DNA from: Candidatus Thorarchaeota archaeon
Lineage (GTDB): Archaea > Asgardarchaeota > Thorarchaeia > Thorarchaeales > Thorarchaeaceae
Assembly: GCA_004524445.1 (NCBI GenBank)
Contig: SDNP01000018.1
Coordinates: forward strand, 1-60,107
Direction: 5' to 3'
DNA length: 60,107 nucleotides
Shown here: positions 27,893-37,324 of the stretch, one piece after another
How the letters are laid out: the number at the start of each line of letters is the position of its first letter
How positions within the stretch are numbered: the stretch's first letter is position 1
Made by a program: the position numbers and the translations under genes
The notes under the pieces: generated by a model
What the model was told of the DNA's origin: nothing
What the model saw: only the letters and a program-made list of their open reading frames with translations
Database searches by the model: none

Positions 27893-28621
27893 ATGTCATT
27901 TCCACAAATACGAACTACAGCGGACCAATTGCCAGCTTCCATTCTCCGGCTATTGAACATAGAGCCACCGGAGGAGTTGAGGAAACCCGACCAGAAGATG
28001 GTAGACATGTTCAATCCGAAAGCGGTCGTCATGGTGATGATCGATAACTTCGGTCTGTTTGAATCGGTGGTTTACAAGCCAGAAGCCCTCATTAAAAACA
28101 TGGAAATCTTGGCTCTGATAGATACTGATAATCCATATGCCATACCATTAACAAAGAGGATTCTGTCCGGCTCAGTATCAAGTGGATTTCATCTATTCAA
28201 TTATGTAAACAGATCTGGAAAAGTTGTAAGGGCGATATGTCGACAGGACGATATTCAAGACCTAGGCTTCGGTAATGAGTATTCAGTCACCGTACGAGAT
28301 GATATGGCGACCTACATCGAGTCGACGAAACAGGTCTTCAGAAGCCAGCTGATGTTTTCTCACTTTTTGGACTTCGAAAGCCTATACGCCCAATATGGGC
28401 ACAGAACACCACCAAAAACGCTCCTTGAGAAAATCGTTCGTAGAACAGACAACTGGATAAAGGTGCTACTGAGACAAGCCAGAATAGGCACCCTCTTCTT
28501 TGTAGTTGGAAACCATGGTCGACATTCGATACCTCTTGACTATGAGGGCAAGCTTGCAGAATGGCGAGAAGCAAATGCACCGATTGCCATTGTATTCCAG
28601 AAGCGTGAGGAGATTTCATAG
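27893..28621 (+). CDS. Degenerate alkaline phosphatase-superfamily (NPP-like) protein
   Basis: VMVMIDNFG and FFVVGNHG resemble the core strands xxDGxG and TADHG, with metal ligands altered. Confidence 0.55.
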   Translation: MSFPQIRTTADQLPASILRLLNIEPPEELRKPDQKMVDMFNPKAVVMVMIDNFGLFESVVYKPEALIKNMEILALIDTDNPYAIPLTKRILSGSVSSGFHLFNYVNRSGKVVRAICRQDDIQDLGFGNEYSVTVRDDMATYIESTKQVFRSQLMFSHFLDFESLYAQYGHRTPPKTLLEKIVRRTDNWIKVLLRQARIGTLFFVVGNHGRHSIPLDYEGKLAEWREANAPIAIVFQKREEIS

Positions 28622-29410
28622 CAGAGCGGGAATCCCGAAGATAACTGCAAGAGAGCCTAGGAATAAGCATAGTTTCCAAAAACTAACTGATTGTGCCAAA
28701 CGAAGTAAGCCTTCCATGCTGGTTAGTCCAACTACGAAGACCACTATTTCCATGCCAAGGAGGTCTAGAGGTGCAATTGTAGGAAGAGCTGCACCTCCCG
28801 TTATGTATTCGACAGCAAAGATTCCAAATACTGCGGGAACACTCATCAAGAAACTGAAGCGAAGTGCCTTTTCTTTGTCGACTTTTTGCAGGAGGAGGGC
28901 GGATATTGTTATTCCTGACCTGCTCAGCCCAGGCAATACTGAGAAGCCCTGAGCTAAACCCGTCATGGCGGCTATTCGATCACTTGGTTCAATCGTTTCT
29001 GGCTTAGTCGCCTTGGAGTTCGTACGGGAGGGCAGATACAAGAGGAGGGCAGTTGCAAGCAAAAGGAAGCCGATGAGGATATTCAATATCTCCCCCTGGA
29101 AGATACTAATGGCATTCTTCAAGAGGAAGTATAATGGCATGGCGGTTATTGCAGTGCAAATTGTTGAAATTAAGAGGTGTCTGAATAACTGACGGTCTTG
29201 AAGTGACAGAATTTCCATTATTGTTCGGGGATATCGTACAATCACTGCAATAGCAGTTCCCATATGGAGCCAAACAGCCAATGTTATGACAGATTCCAGA
29301 GGTACTGCTCCAATATTGAAAACAAATAGTACTGCTTGTCCTTCGCTACTTATAGGAAGCCACTCAACTAGGCCCTGGATGAGTGCCACAATCAGTTGCC
29401 AGAACTCCAT
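28616..29410 (-). CDS. uppP: Undecaprenyl-diphosphate phosphatase (BacA family)
   Basis: QGLVEWLPISSEG, LHMGT, PGLSRSG, FSFLMSVP. Confidence 0.93.
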   Translation of the reverse strand: MEFWQLIVALIQGLVEWLPISSEGQAVLFVFNIGAVPLESVITLAVWLHMGTAIAVIVRYPRTIMEILSLQDRQLFRHLLISTICTAITAMPLYFLLKNAISIFQGEILNILIGFLLLATALLLYLPSRTNSKATKPETIEPSDRIAAMTGLAQGFSVLPGLSRSGITISALLLQKVDKEKALRFSFLMSVPAVFGIFAVEYITGGAALPTIAPLDLLGMEIVVFVVGLTSMEGLLRLAQSVSFWKLCLFLGSLAVIFGIPALL

Positions 29411-29487
29411 TTGTACGTACCTCTTATGCAGGCACCACGTACCTAAGACTTAAATCTAATCTATTTGGCTGAAAGCTCGGCCAAGAG

Positions 29488-30159
29488 GTGCACAAAATGG
29501 TGCTTGATAATGGGCGTTTTCTAACGCAAGAACTAAGCAATATCACACAGATGCTTGAGGATCATTTTCGAATCGTAGTATCTGCAAATAGGATTGTGAC
29601 TACGTCACTTGAAGAATGGCTCGATACCGGCGAGCAAGTTGATGTCGGAAATCTTGAAAAGATCACCAGTTTCGAGGAGAAGGGTGACAAGATAAAGAAT
29701 CGGATTGTAAACGAACTCGCCAAAGCAAATGCGCTGATGCAGAGAGAAGATCTTCTCCGATTAGTACATTACAATGACAAGCTCATTGATGGCGCTGAAA
29801 TTGCATGCTACCACTTGGCATCAGTTAACACTAATTGGGTTCCTGATGGGCAACTACAGAAACACGTGAAAATACTTGGCGGACTCCTGATGGACAGCAT
29901 TAACGAACAGAGAGAAGCTGTGAGATCGCTATCTGTGAACATGGAAAAAGCTATGGAGAGCGCAAACAGAATCTGCAGTTTGGAAAAGGAGATGGATATA
30001 CTTCAGCGAGATATCAAATCACTGCTCTATCCAGCAGAAATCCCCTTAGACAAATTGTTGCGCTTCAGAGACTTCTTGAACACTATGGAAGAAATTGCGA
30101 ACTTGACTGAGGACGCAGCCATTGCAATCAGAAGCCTATCCTTGACATTGAGAGTCTAA
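29488..30159 (+). CDS. DUF47/PhoU-like phosphate transport regulator
   Basis: EEKGDKIK, REDLLRL..DKLID, EKEMD, EEIAN..EDA helical repeat. Confidence 0.85.
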   Translation: MHKMVLDNGRFLTQELSNITQMLEDHFRIVVSANRIVTTSLEEWLDTGEQVDVGNLEKITSFEEKGDKIKNRIVNELAKANALMQREDLLRLVHYNDKLIDGAEIACYHLASVNTNWVPDGQLQKHVKILGGLLMDSINEQREAVRSLSVNMEKAMESANRICSLEKEMDILQRDIKSLLYPAEIPLDKLLRFRDFLNTMEEIANLTEDAAIAIRSLSLTLRV

Positions 30160-30174
30160 TGAGGTTGAATTATC

Positions 30175-30738
30175 TTGTCCGAACCCCAAGGAGCTGCAAA
30201 AGCTCAATTAGTGGCGGATAGAGCCATCGTTTGGGATTCAGAAGAAGGAAGCAGACTCTACTCCCTAGGCTATTTCGGACAACCTGTCGGGATAAGAAAG
30301 CCAAAAGAACCGGTATTTGATAAACCGCTTGAACTCTCTTTGCTGGAGGCCATGTACCTAACCGAGAAGAAAATGCTGGTTGTATTTGATCCCGCAAGTG
30401 ATAGGAACTTGAAAGCCAGTGAGATAATGGAACTTGGAATAGAGCGACAGGATGGTTTCCAAGACCAGTATCATGTCTACAGAAGCCTTAGAGATAAGGG
30501 CTATGTGTTGCGACCAGGTTTGAAATTTGGCACTGATTTTGCTGTGTATAGAAAAGGACCAGGAAAGGACCATGCACCATTTCTTGTTCATGTTGTGTCT
30601 TACAAGAAAGGACTGGAACCACTAGATATCGTCCGTGCGGGGCGTCTTGCTACGAGTGTCCGAAAGAAATTCATTATTGCTACTATCAAGGAAACAGGAG
30701 ATATTGCTTACTACTCCTTTGTCTGGTTCAAGCCTTAG
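30175..30738 (+). CDS. endA: tRNA intron endonuclease, single-unit catalytic subunit
   Basis: LSLLEAMYL, GLKFGTDFAVY, DHA, RLATSVRKK (Tyr/His/Lys triad). Confidence 0.95.
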   Translation: MSEPQGAAKAQLVADRAIVWDSEEGSRLYSLGYFGQPVGIRKPKEPVFDKPLELSLLEAMYLTEKKMLVVFDPASDRNLKASEIMELGIERQDGFQDQYHVYRSLRDKGYVLRPGLKFGTDFAVYRKGPGKDHAPFLVHVVSYKKGLEPLDIVRAGRLATSVRKKFIIATIKETGDIAYYSFVWFKP

Positions 30739-30848
30739 ATTCAGCGACATCCCGCAATTTTCTAGCTCTCTACCTGCATTCAGGCTTAGAAAAGGTCATA
30801 AAGGCGCGACTACTTCTTGTTGAATAACTCATCTAACGATGACGGTGA

Positions 30849-31175
30849 TTGCTAATGTCGAAAAAGGCAGAGAATGCAAAGACCTTCGGAGCTCTTCTCG
30901 CACAGGCGTGGGAAAACACACCTTCCTTCATCATTAGTAATGATGATTACATCTATTGCTTATTCCCTCTAGATGAAACTAATGAGAATTGGAAAGAAGC
31001 ATCGCTGACATTTCCGGACGCCTCTATTGAACAGAATGAAATTGACTCCACTCAAGCAATTGCGCTCTTGATTGAAGAACTAAAAGTCTTGCCAACATAT
31101 GGTGCTGAAAGCATTGTTACCACTAAGCCAAAACTGGACCAAGCTGCCAGTAGATTAGCTGAATTTACAGAATAG
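30849..31175 (+). CDS. Hypothetical protein
   Basis: 108-aa ORF with GGTGA upstream that fills the gap; no recognised motif. Confidence 0.7.
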   Translation: MLMSKKAENAKTFGALLAQAWENTPSFIISNDDYIYCLFPLDETNENWKEASLTFPDASIEQNEIDSTQAIALLIEELKVLPTYGAESIVTTKPKLDQAASRLAEFTE

Positions 31176-31240
31176 AAACGAGAATTCATCGGGGCTTTGT
31201 AAAAGGCTCATATACGTTGGTAATAGGATAGGAGCTTTCT

Positions 31241-32038
31241 ATGCCAGAAGAATTTGTTGATTGCCCCAAGTGCGGACACCGAGCATTGGTTGGTAAGTAT
31301 TGTAGTCACTGTGGTTACTTGATTGCTGACAATTCAGACGCCATGAATATTCACGATACCTCAGCTAGTGGCGAATATTCTGATGGAGCAGCTTCAGCTA
31401 GTTCACAAAAAAATGTACCCATTGAGTTTGGTTTTGACATTGGAGAGATGGATGACGAACAGCAAACCCTCCTTTTTGCGAACGCGGAACTGGATGTGAT
31501 TGATTCGGAGCTTGAGAGTCTGATTGAGAGAATAAAATCGACTAGACAGGCACTGGATCTTCCTAGCTCGGACAAAGCAGTACTGGCAAAGAGAACAGAC
31601 AACCTTCAACGTGAGTTGAACGCCATCAAAACAAGACGTGGCGACCTAGTAGGTGAATCTGGACAGCTTAATCTGGCCCGGCTCTTGGAGGTAATCGAGA
31701 AAGAGCAAGATAAGCTTGACAGACTCAAAGAAGCAAAAGATACAATTGACAAGGCTGTTTTTACAGAAGAAAAGAAGGAAATTGAGAAAAACATCGACAT
31801 TTTGAAAAAGAATATTGACAATGAAGTGAAGCTAGCAAAGAAATGGATAAAAGGGATGAAAAAGGAACTAAGGGCACTCAATAAGGAGAAGACTCGACTT
31901 GAAGCAAAACTCAAGATTGGAGATGTTTCAGTCGCAATTTATGAATCGAGGAGAAATGAAATTGGTCGTAAGATCGAAATCATTCAAGGGGGTATGAATT
32001 CTCTCAATGAACTACTTGATACTGCTAGAAAGCACTAG
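31241..32038 (+). CDS. Zinc-ribbon plus long coiled-coil protein
   Basis: CPKC...CSHC, then about 180 aa of heptad-rich helix. Confidence 0.8.
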   Translation: MPEEFVDCPKCGHRALVGKYCSHCGYLIADNSDAMNIHDTSASGEYSDGAASASSQKNVPIEFGFDIGEMDDEQQTLLFANAELDVIDSELESLIERIKSTRQALDLPSSDKAVLAKRTDNLQRELNAIKTRRGDLVGESGQLNLARLLEVIEKEQDKLDRLKEAKDTIDKAVFTEEKKEIEKNIDILKKNIDNEVKLAKKWIKGMKKELRALNKEKTRLEAKLKIGDVSVAIYESRRNEIGRKIEIIQGGMNSLNELLDTARKH

Positions 32039-32074
32039 CATAAGTCTGGCGGTGAAATCTCGAGGTGTTTTATT

Positions 32075-32386
32075 GTGCTGAGCGAACTGCAAGATTGTAC
32101 ACCATTTTGTGAAAAATTCCGTTGTGAAAGAAAACCAAATGCTTTGAAAATAGTCAAACAGCGTGGGCAGAAAGTTGCCTGGTGCACATGGGTCGATGAT
32201 GAATGCGATGGCGCATGGTGTCAATTTGGATTCTGCAAAGACAGGCGAATGACAGATACTGGAAAATGCAAAGGCAAGCTGACAAAATCAGTTCCGAAGG
32301 GCGACGACCTAGACGATGATTTCGTAGACCCAAATGCGATTCCAAAAGATATTGCAAAGAAAATCAAGGGCAAAAGAGTGAGATAG
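32075..32386 (+). CDS. Cys-rich hypothetical protein, probably metal-binding
   Basis: CTPFCEKFRC...WCTWVDDECDGAWCQFGFC...GKC; GAGGTG upstream. Confidence 0.75.
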   Translation: MLSELQDCTPFCEKFRCERKPNALKIVKQRGQKVAWCTWVDDECDGAWCQFGFCKDRRMTDTGKCKGKLTKSVPKGDDLDDDFVDPNAIPKDIAKKIKGKRVR

Positions 32387-32477
32387 TACATTATTATCCC
32401 AGAAGCCAAAATTTAGTCGGGCCCGTAATGTCTATAAGCATGCCAAAGACCATCGCAGGTGATAGAAGGTACATATC

Positions 32478-32603
32478 ATGTTTGAAGAAGTCAGGCCAGA
32501 AATGAGAGCCTTGATCTATCTAATGATTGGATTATCATTCTTGGCCATTGGACTCATTATTGGACAGAGAGCATTCCTGAATGACTTTTTGACATTATCC
32601 TAG
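32478..32603 (+). CDS. 41-aa single-transmembrane small protein (not in ORF track)
   Basis: MFEEVRPEMRALIYLMIGLSFLAIGLIIGQRAFLNDFLTLS*; GAAGGT upstream; fills an otherwise empty gap. Confidence 0.6.
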   Translation: MFEEVRPEMRALIYLMIGLSFLAIGLIIGQRAFLNDFLTLS

Positions 32604-32632
32604 AACTAAATCCATGTTGGCGCGGTGCTGTA

Positions 32633-33625
32633 TTGTCCGACCTCGACATAATAATCGAAACGCTTCTGACTTTTGACGGGATTTCACGTAAATTCGTCCT
32701 TCCAAGGATAATAAGCAAGCTCAGAGATGTGTCTTATAACGGAGACACACCACATTCTTTGGGTGAAGACTCTGCAGCAATATTGACAGGGTCGAATGAA
32801 TTTGTTCTCCTGACGACGGATGCAATTGTTGAGGAGCTTTGTGTAAATCATCCTGAGGCTGCTGGATTTAATGTCGTACTCGCAAATATAATGGACATAT
32901 ACGCTGCCGGAGGGACGCCCACATCCTTCGCGGTTGCCCTTTCATATTCAGATGAGGAAACGGGAAGGCTGTTACTCGAAGGACTGATCAACGGCTCTCA
33001 TACATTCAAAGTGCCAATTGTACGGGGACATACTAATTCAAAATCCACCTCTACCTATGTCGTTGGGTCTGCAACAGGTACCGTCAAGGAGAATCAAATA
33101 TTGACAGCAGGAGGTGCAGAGGAGGGTGATACATTGGTTCTTCTCTTTGACAGAGTTGGTGGACGCGGGGAGCACTATACCCTTGGATGGGATTCAGTGA
33201 CAGATAGAGAATCCTCTGAAGTAATCAAACGGTTAACTGTCATGAATGAGCTTGCCCAAGAGGGGCTGGTGAATGCCTCCAAAGATGTTTCTGTAGCGGG
33301 CATGATAGGTACCGCAGGGATGCTGGTAGAGTATTCTGGCGTGGGCGGCATAATCGACCTTGACATAATTCGCAAATCTGCCCCTAGTGGTCTTGACCTC
33401 TTGGACTGGCTTCGTATGTATATATCACTAGGATTTCTCATTGCTATTCCTGTCCGGAATGTCCCGAAGGTTTCACGCATTGCACAGGACCATGAAATGG
33501 AAGCAATAAGAATAGGAGAAGTTGACTCAGGTGCGTCTTTGAGATTGAGGATGGGCGATGAGGAGAAGGTCATCTTTGACTTCTCCAAAGGGCCAATACT
33601 TACGCCGCGAAGCTCATATAGATGA
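32633..33625 (+). CDS. AIR synthase-related (PurM/ThiL/SelD superfamily) protein
   Basis: GEDSAAI, LLTTD, ANIMDIYAAGG.P, IVRGHT, ASKDVS.AG. Confidence 0.85.
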   Translation: MSDLDIIIETLLTFDGISRKFVLPRIISKLRDVSYNGDTPHSLGEDSAAILTGSNEFVLLTTDAIVEELCVNHPEAAGFNVVLANIMDIYAAGGTPTSFAVALSYSDEETGRLLLEGLINGSHTFKVPIVRGHTNSKSTSTYVVGSATGTVKENQILTAGGAEEGDTLVLLFDRVGGRGEHYTLGWDSVTDRESSEVIKRLTVMNELAQEGLVNASKDVSVAGMIGTAGMLVEYSGVGGIIDLDIIRKSAPSGLDLLDWLRMYISLGFLIAIPVRNVPKVSRIAQDHEMEAIRIGEVDSGASLRLRMGDEEKVIFDFSKGPILTPRSSYR

Positions 33626-33675
33626 TTTCCTGCGCCATTATAGTTAAATGGTCTTAGCAGTTCATCGTTGCTGAA

Positions 33676-33903
33676 GTGTCTATATTGGCGGGCTCGAAAA
33701 AAACATGTAGCATAACTGGTTGCGATAAACCATCGAAGCGATCATTCTCAGCACCCAGAATCAATCCAAGTGTCAATAAAGTTGGATTGACTGTGGAGGA
33801 TTCACGACAACGTAAGACATACCTTTGTAGAGAACACTGGAAACAGGTCAAGAAGGCATACAAGAAGGCTAGAGCTCCCGAGAGAATGCGTTGGGGACCA
33901 TGA
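33676..33903 (+). CDS. Small basic putative Zn-binding protein
   Basis: CSITGC...YLCREHWK; K/R-rich, 75 aa. Confidence 0.7.
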   Translation: MSILAGSKKTCSITGCDKPSKRSFSAPRINPSVNKVGLTVEDSRQRKTYLCREHWKQVKKAYKKARAPERMRWGP

Positions 33904-33955
33904 AAGGGCCAGTTTATGTGCTATTCATGCATATATCCACAGGAGGCGTTCTGTA

Positions 33956-34303
33956 ATGAAGGAAAAGGAAGAGCTTCCCAAGCTAGAACCAAACTACAAG
34001 CTCTGGCTTGAGCACGATGGAGAGTATGTGTTTGGACCTGGAGCTTATGCTATTTTGAAGAGCATCGATGAAACCGGTACCATTACAGAAGGCGCAAAGA
34101 AACTCGGAATGTCTTATAGATATGCATGGGGTGTCATTAGGAAGATAGAAAAAAAGCTGGATGTGAAGCTCCTCCATTCCTATAAAGGTGGAAATGTGGG
34201 GGGCGGCGGAGCTGATGTTACTGATTTTGGAAAGAGTCTGATGCATCTCTTTTCAAAGGTCGATGATGAGTTTTCTTCTGCTGTTGAAGAGCATAGATCA
34301 TGA
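33956..34303 (+). CDS. ModE N-terminal-like winged-helix regulator
   Basis: KLWLE...FGPG...ETGTI..AKKLGMSYRYAW...GG..GGGA.VT. Confidence 0.92.
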   Translation: MKEKEELPKLEPNYKLWLEHDGEYVFGPGAYAILKSIDETGTITEGAKKLGMSYRYAWGVIRKIEKKLDVKLLHSYKGGNVGGGGADVTDFGKSLMHLFSKVDDEFSSAVEEHRS

Positions 34304-35338
34304 AAATCTGATTTCAATAGCACCATTGGGACAATGGCTTTTGCACTCTAGGCACATAATACAATCAGGTGAGTATAGATGCTGATACGGGAATCTTCGG
34401 ATCCTGATGTTCATTGGGCATACAACCTCACATGTGTTGCATACATCTGGTGTACATAGAGCGGGATTTCTTCCAATTCCAATGAGTGCAGACCTAGAGA
34501 ATACACTATAGAACCATCCAGCAGGACAGACCCAACGGCAAAACCACCTCGGAAACCATTTTGAACCAATTACTATCAATGCAACAAAAGTAATCTGTAA
34601 CCAAAATAGGGGAGTCCAATAGCCAATACGCCAAAGAGTGTCTATGCTTGTTGGCCAAAATCCAGACTCAACTAATTCGGGAATTTTCACGAATAGAATG
34701 TAGGCAGGATTGATTGGATCGAAGGCAGCGTCGGCAAAAATCCCCAAGGCATTACGTATGGACTGTGCACTGCCCAAGACTACAGATATCCCAACCCAAG
34801 ATGCAAAGAACATCACCAAGGCAAAGACATATGCTTTGAATCTTCGAAGCTCCTTCTCGGTTCCCGGCGAGGGCCTAACCTTTGACCTACTTGCCAATGC
34901 TGAGAAATCATGGATAGTACCGATGGGACATACCCAGCCGCAGGCAGCACGCCCGAGTACCGTAAGAATAATCACCATGGCACCAAGGGTAAAAAAGGGG
35001 AAGATACCCGAGGTCATAACTCTCTGCATAGCATCGAAGGAACCTGCCATCACAGCAAAGGGGGCTTCAAGCGGAGCAATAATTGGAATAGTAGGTAATG
35101 CCTGTCCAATAGTAGTCCAGAACTCTGTTATTGCATCCTGCCCGAACCATGCGGCAAATAGGTACCCGTTAATGCCTAAAAGAAACAGAATCTGAACAAC
35201 CCGTCTAAGGTTTCTCACATTGAAAATGAGTCCAACAGGATTGCGTATGCTGAATCTGCTGTCCGCTTCATCTTCTACTTGAGCTGGGGATTCATCCTCA
35301 ATATCTGGCATATCTTGGTCTTCGGCATCATCTGCCAT
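34298..35338 (-). CDS. NapH/MauN-type membrane 4Fe-4S protein
   Basis: GRAACGWVCP, RWFCRWVCP, C-terminal ferredoxin motifs CIMCLECKSHCP; TM helices. Confidence 0.9.
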   Translation of the reverse strand: MADDAEDQDMPDIEDESPAQVEDEADSRFSIRNPVGLIFNVRNLRRVVQILFLLGINGYLFAAWFGQDAITEFWTTIGQALPTIPIIAPLEAPFAVMAGSFDAMQRVMTSGIFPFFTLGAMVIILTVLGRAACGWVCPIGTIHDFSALASRSKVRPSPGTEKELRRFKAYVFALVMFFASWVGISVVLGSAQSIRNALGIFADAAFDPINPAYILFVKIPELVESGFWPTSIDTLWRIGYWTPLFWLQITFVALIVIGSKWFPRWFCRWVCPAGWFYSVFSRSALIGIGRNPALCTPDVCNTCEVVCPMNIRIRRFPYQHLYSPDCIMCLECKSHCPNGAIEIRFS

Positions 35339-35426
35339 GGCATTCTTTCCTCGTCTGCGACGCTTTCAAAGCCGGCAACTTGTGTGAGCATTAAAAAGAT
35401 TGTGTTAAGCTGAGAGATGTTCGGTA

Positions 35427-35837
35427 TCAATTGAGAGCAATGAATTCCAAGTGGATTTTATCTCCAATTAGGTCGATTGCGAGAAGGTGGGACCCAGAAT
35501 CGTTGGGAGCAGTAAGAACAATCTCGTGAGAGTACTCTCGCGTCCACTCCTGTGAGCTACCATCAGTCGGTTCATACAGGATTGTCATCGTGTCGTTGGA
35601 AACTGTGATGGTGACATAATCAGGGACGGATATTTCAATAGACACACTATCAGTGGTACCCGAATCAACTCTTCCTGTGGCGTTATGAACCCTATCAGCA
35701 AAATCATTGGCCATGGTAAAGTTTGATGCTGCTGAGATAGTATTCAGAGTGTGAAAGAGTACTGGGATACCAACTATAACTACACTTGTAAGTCCGATTG
35801 CAATCAGCAGCATCTTCTCAAGTGACCGTGATACCAT
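35427..35837 (-). CDS. Pilin-like protein with N-terminal hydrophobic helix
   Basis: MVSRSLEKMLLIAIGLTSVVIVGIPVL followed by a beta-rich, S/T-rich domain. Confidence 0.5.
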   Translation of the reverse strand: MVSRSLEKMLLIAIGLTSVVIVGIPVLFHTLNTISAASNFTMANDFADRVHNATGRVDSGTTDSVSIEISVPDYVTITVSNDTMTILYEPTDGSSQEWTREYSHEIVLTAPNDSGSHLLAIDLIGDKIHLEFIALN

Positions 35838-35929
35838 ACTACATTCATCTGCAAACGCCCCAATAAACTCCCCTACATAGTGTGGGAACATTAAAGCATC
35901 AGAGTGTTCCTACTAGAGTGTGTCAAATA

Positions 35930-37324
35930 ATGAGTGATCCAATTCCTGTACATGTAGGTCTGATGGGACATATAGATCATGGGAAGACAGAGCTAGCAAG
36001 AGCACTAAGCGAGAAGATTTCGACTGCAGGACTAGACAAGCACCCACAAGCTAAAAGCCGAGGAATAACCATAGACCTGGGTTTCACGATGTTTATGCTA
36101 GATGATTTTCTGGTGACACTTGTTGACGCACCGGGTCATGCAGACCTAATTCGAAGTGTAGTGGCTGGAGCGGGAATAATTGATGCTGCAATAGTTGTGG
36201 TTGCGGCGGACAAAGGGCCGGAAATACAAACTGGAGAACATATTATCGTTCTTGATGCCGTCGGTGTAGAAACAATAATTCCAGTAATAACAAAGATAGA
36301 TCTCGTTGGTGATGACCGCATCAAAGATGTTGAGAAGAAACTTCGTTCATTGATGAGGAGTACAGGATATGGCGAATTCCCAATCGTTTGCGTTTCAGCT
36401 AAGACGGGGGAGGGAATTGATGAACTGAAAGAAACGCTAAAGGGAGTGCTGCAGCCGAGCAAACGGAAAAAAGATGCTGACTTTATGATGCCTATTGATC
36501 ACGCATTCCCTAAGAAGGGGCATGGAACTGTTGTAACGGGCACCGTACAACTAGGGAGAATCAAGTTGGAAGAATACGTTGAGCTTTATCCACAAAGAAA
36601 GAAAGCAAAAGTGCGGTCTATTCAGGTTTTTGGACAACCACGAGAAGAAGCTGTAGCGGGAGACCGTATCGGGTTGAATTTGCCTGAAATCAATGACAAG
36701 ATCGTGAAGCGAGGAAACTACTTAGGTGAACCTGATTCATTGAATACCTCTTCAAATCTCATTGTTGAAATGAATCGGAATCCATTGTACCAAGGACGCA
36801 TAACAAGAAGAATGCTGGTCAACGCAACTGTTGGAATGCCCAGTGTGGTTGCAGAGATTTTGCCCTTCCAAATCGAAAATGGCAGACGGATTGTGCTGGA
36901 AGAAACCGTAGAGAAATCATTCCAGGCAGTCATCCTTCTGTCTGCACCGGTGGTGGTTAGTCCAGAAATGGAGGTGCTTCTGCTCCGTACCGATCTCCCA
37001 CCTACAGCAATGAGAATCATTGGATCAGGGAGAATTGAAGAAACACCGGATTCTGTCACGCTGTTCAAGAAAACAACCTGGCAGGGAAAAGTTTCAAGGG
37101 TTCGAGAAAAGGATGTTCTTGTTGAAGGTATAGCTAACACAAAGCGCTTAGCTGAAAGAATGATAGGTCAAACAGTCAAAACAGAACATGGAACAACGGG
37201 AACTGTGAAAAACGCTTTTGGCACCAGAGGCGTAGTATCAGTTATATTTCAGGATGAAGTGCATGAATCTGATAAAGTGGTCTATGCACGATTCTCAGAG
37301 GAGGAATATTCGTTTGGAGATTGA
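35930..37324 (+). CDS. selB: Selenocysteine-specific elongation factor (archaeal SelB/EFSec)
   Basis: GHIDHGKT, RGITIDLGF, VDAPGHADL, QTGEH, IDHAF, FGTRG; adjacent to Sec genes. Confidence 0.95.
   Translation: MSDPIPVHVGLMGHIDHGKTELARALSEKISTAGLDKHPQAKSRGITIDLGFTMFMLDDFLVTLVDAPGHADLIRSVVAGAGIIDAAIVVVAADKGPEIQTGEHIIVLDAVGVETIIPVITKIDLVGDDRIKDVEKKLRSLMRSTGYGEFPIVCVSAKTGEGIDELKETLKGVLQPSKRKKDADFMMPIDHAFPKKGHGTVVTGTVQLGRIKLEEYVELYPQRKKAKVRSIQVFGQPREEAVAGDRIGLNLPEINDKIVKRGNYLGEPDSLNTSSNLIVEMNRNPLYQGRITRRMLVNATVGMPSVVAEILPFQIENGRRIVLEETVEKSFQAVILLSAPVVVSPEMEVLLLRTDLPPTAMRIIGSGRIEETPDSVTLFKKTTWQGKVSRVREKDVLVEGIANTKRLAERMIGQTVKTEHGTTGTVKNAFGTRGVVSVIFQDEVHESDKVVYARFSEEEYSFGD

Noticed and set aside
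32633-33625. Calling this gene selD
   Set aside because: It lacks the N-terminal Cys/Sec-x-x-Lys catalytic motif
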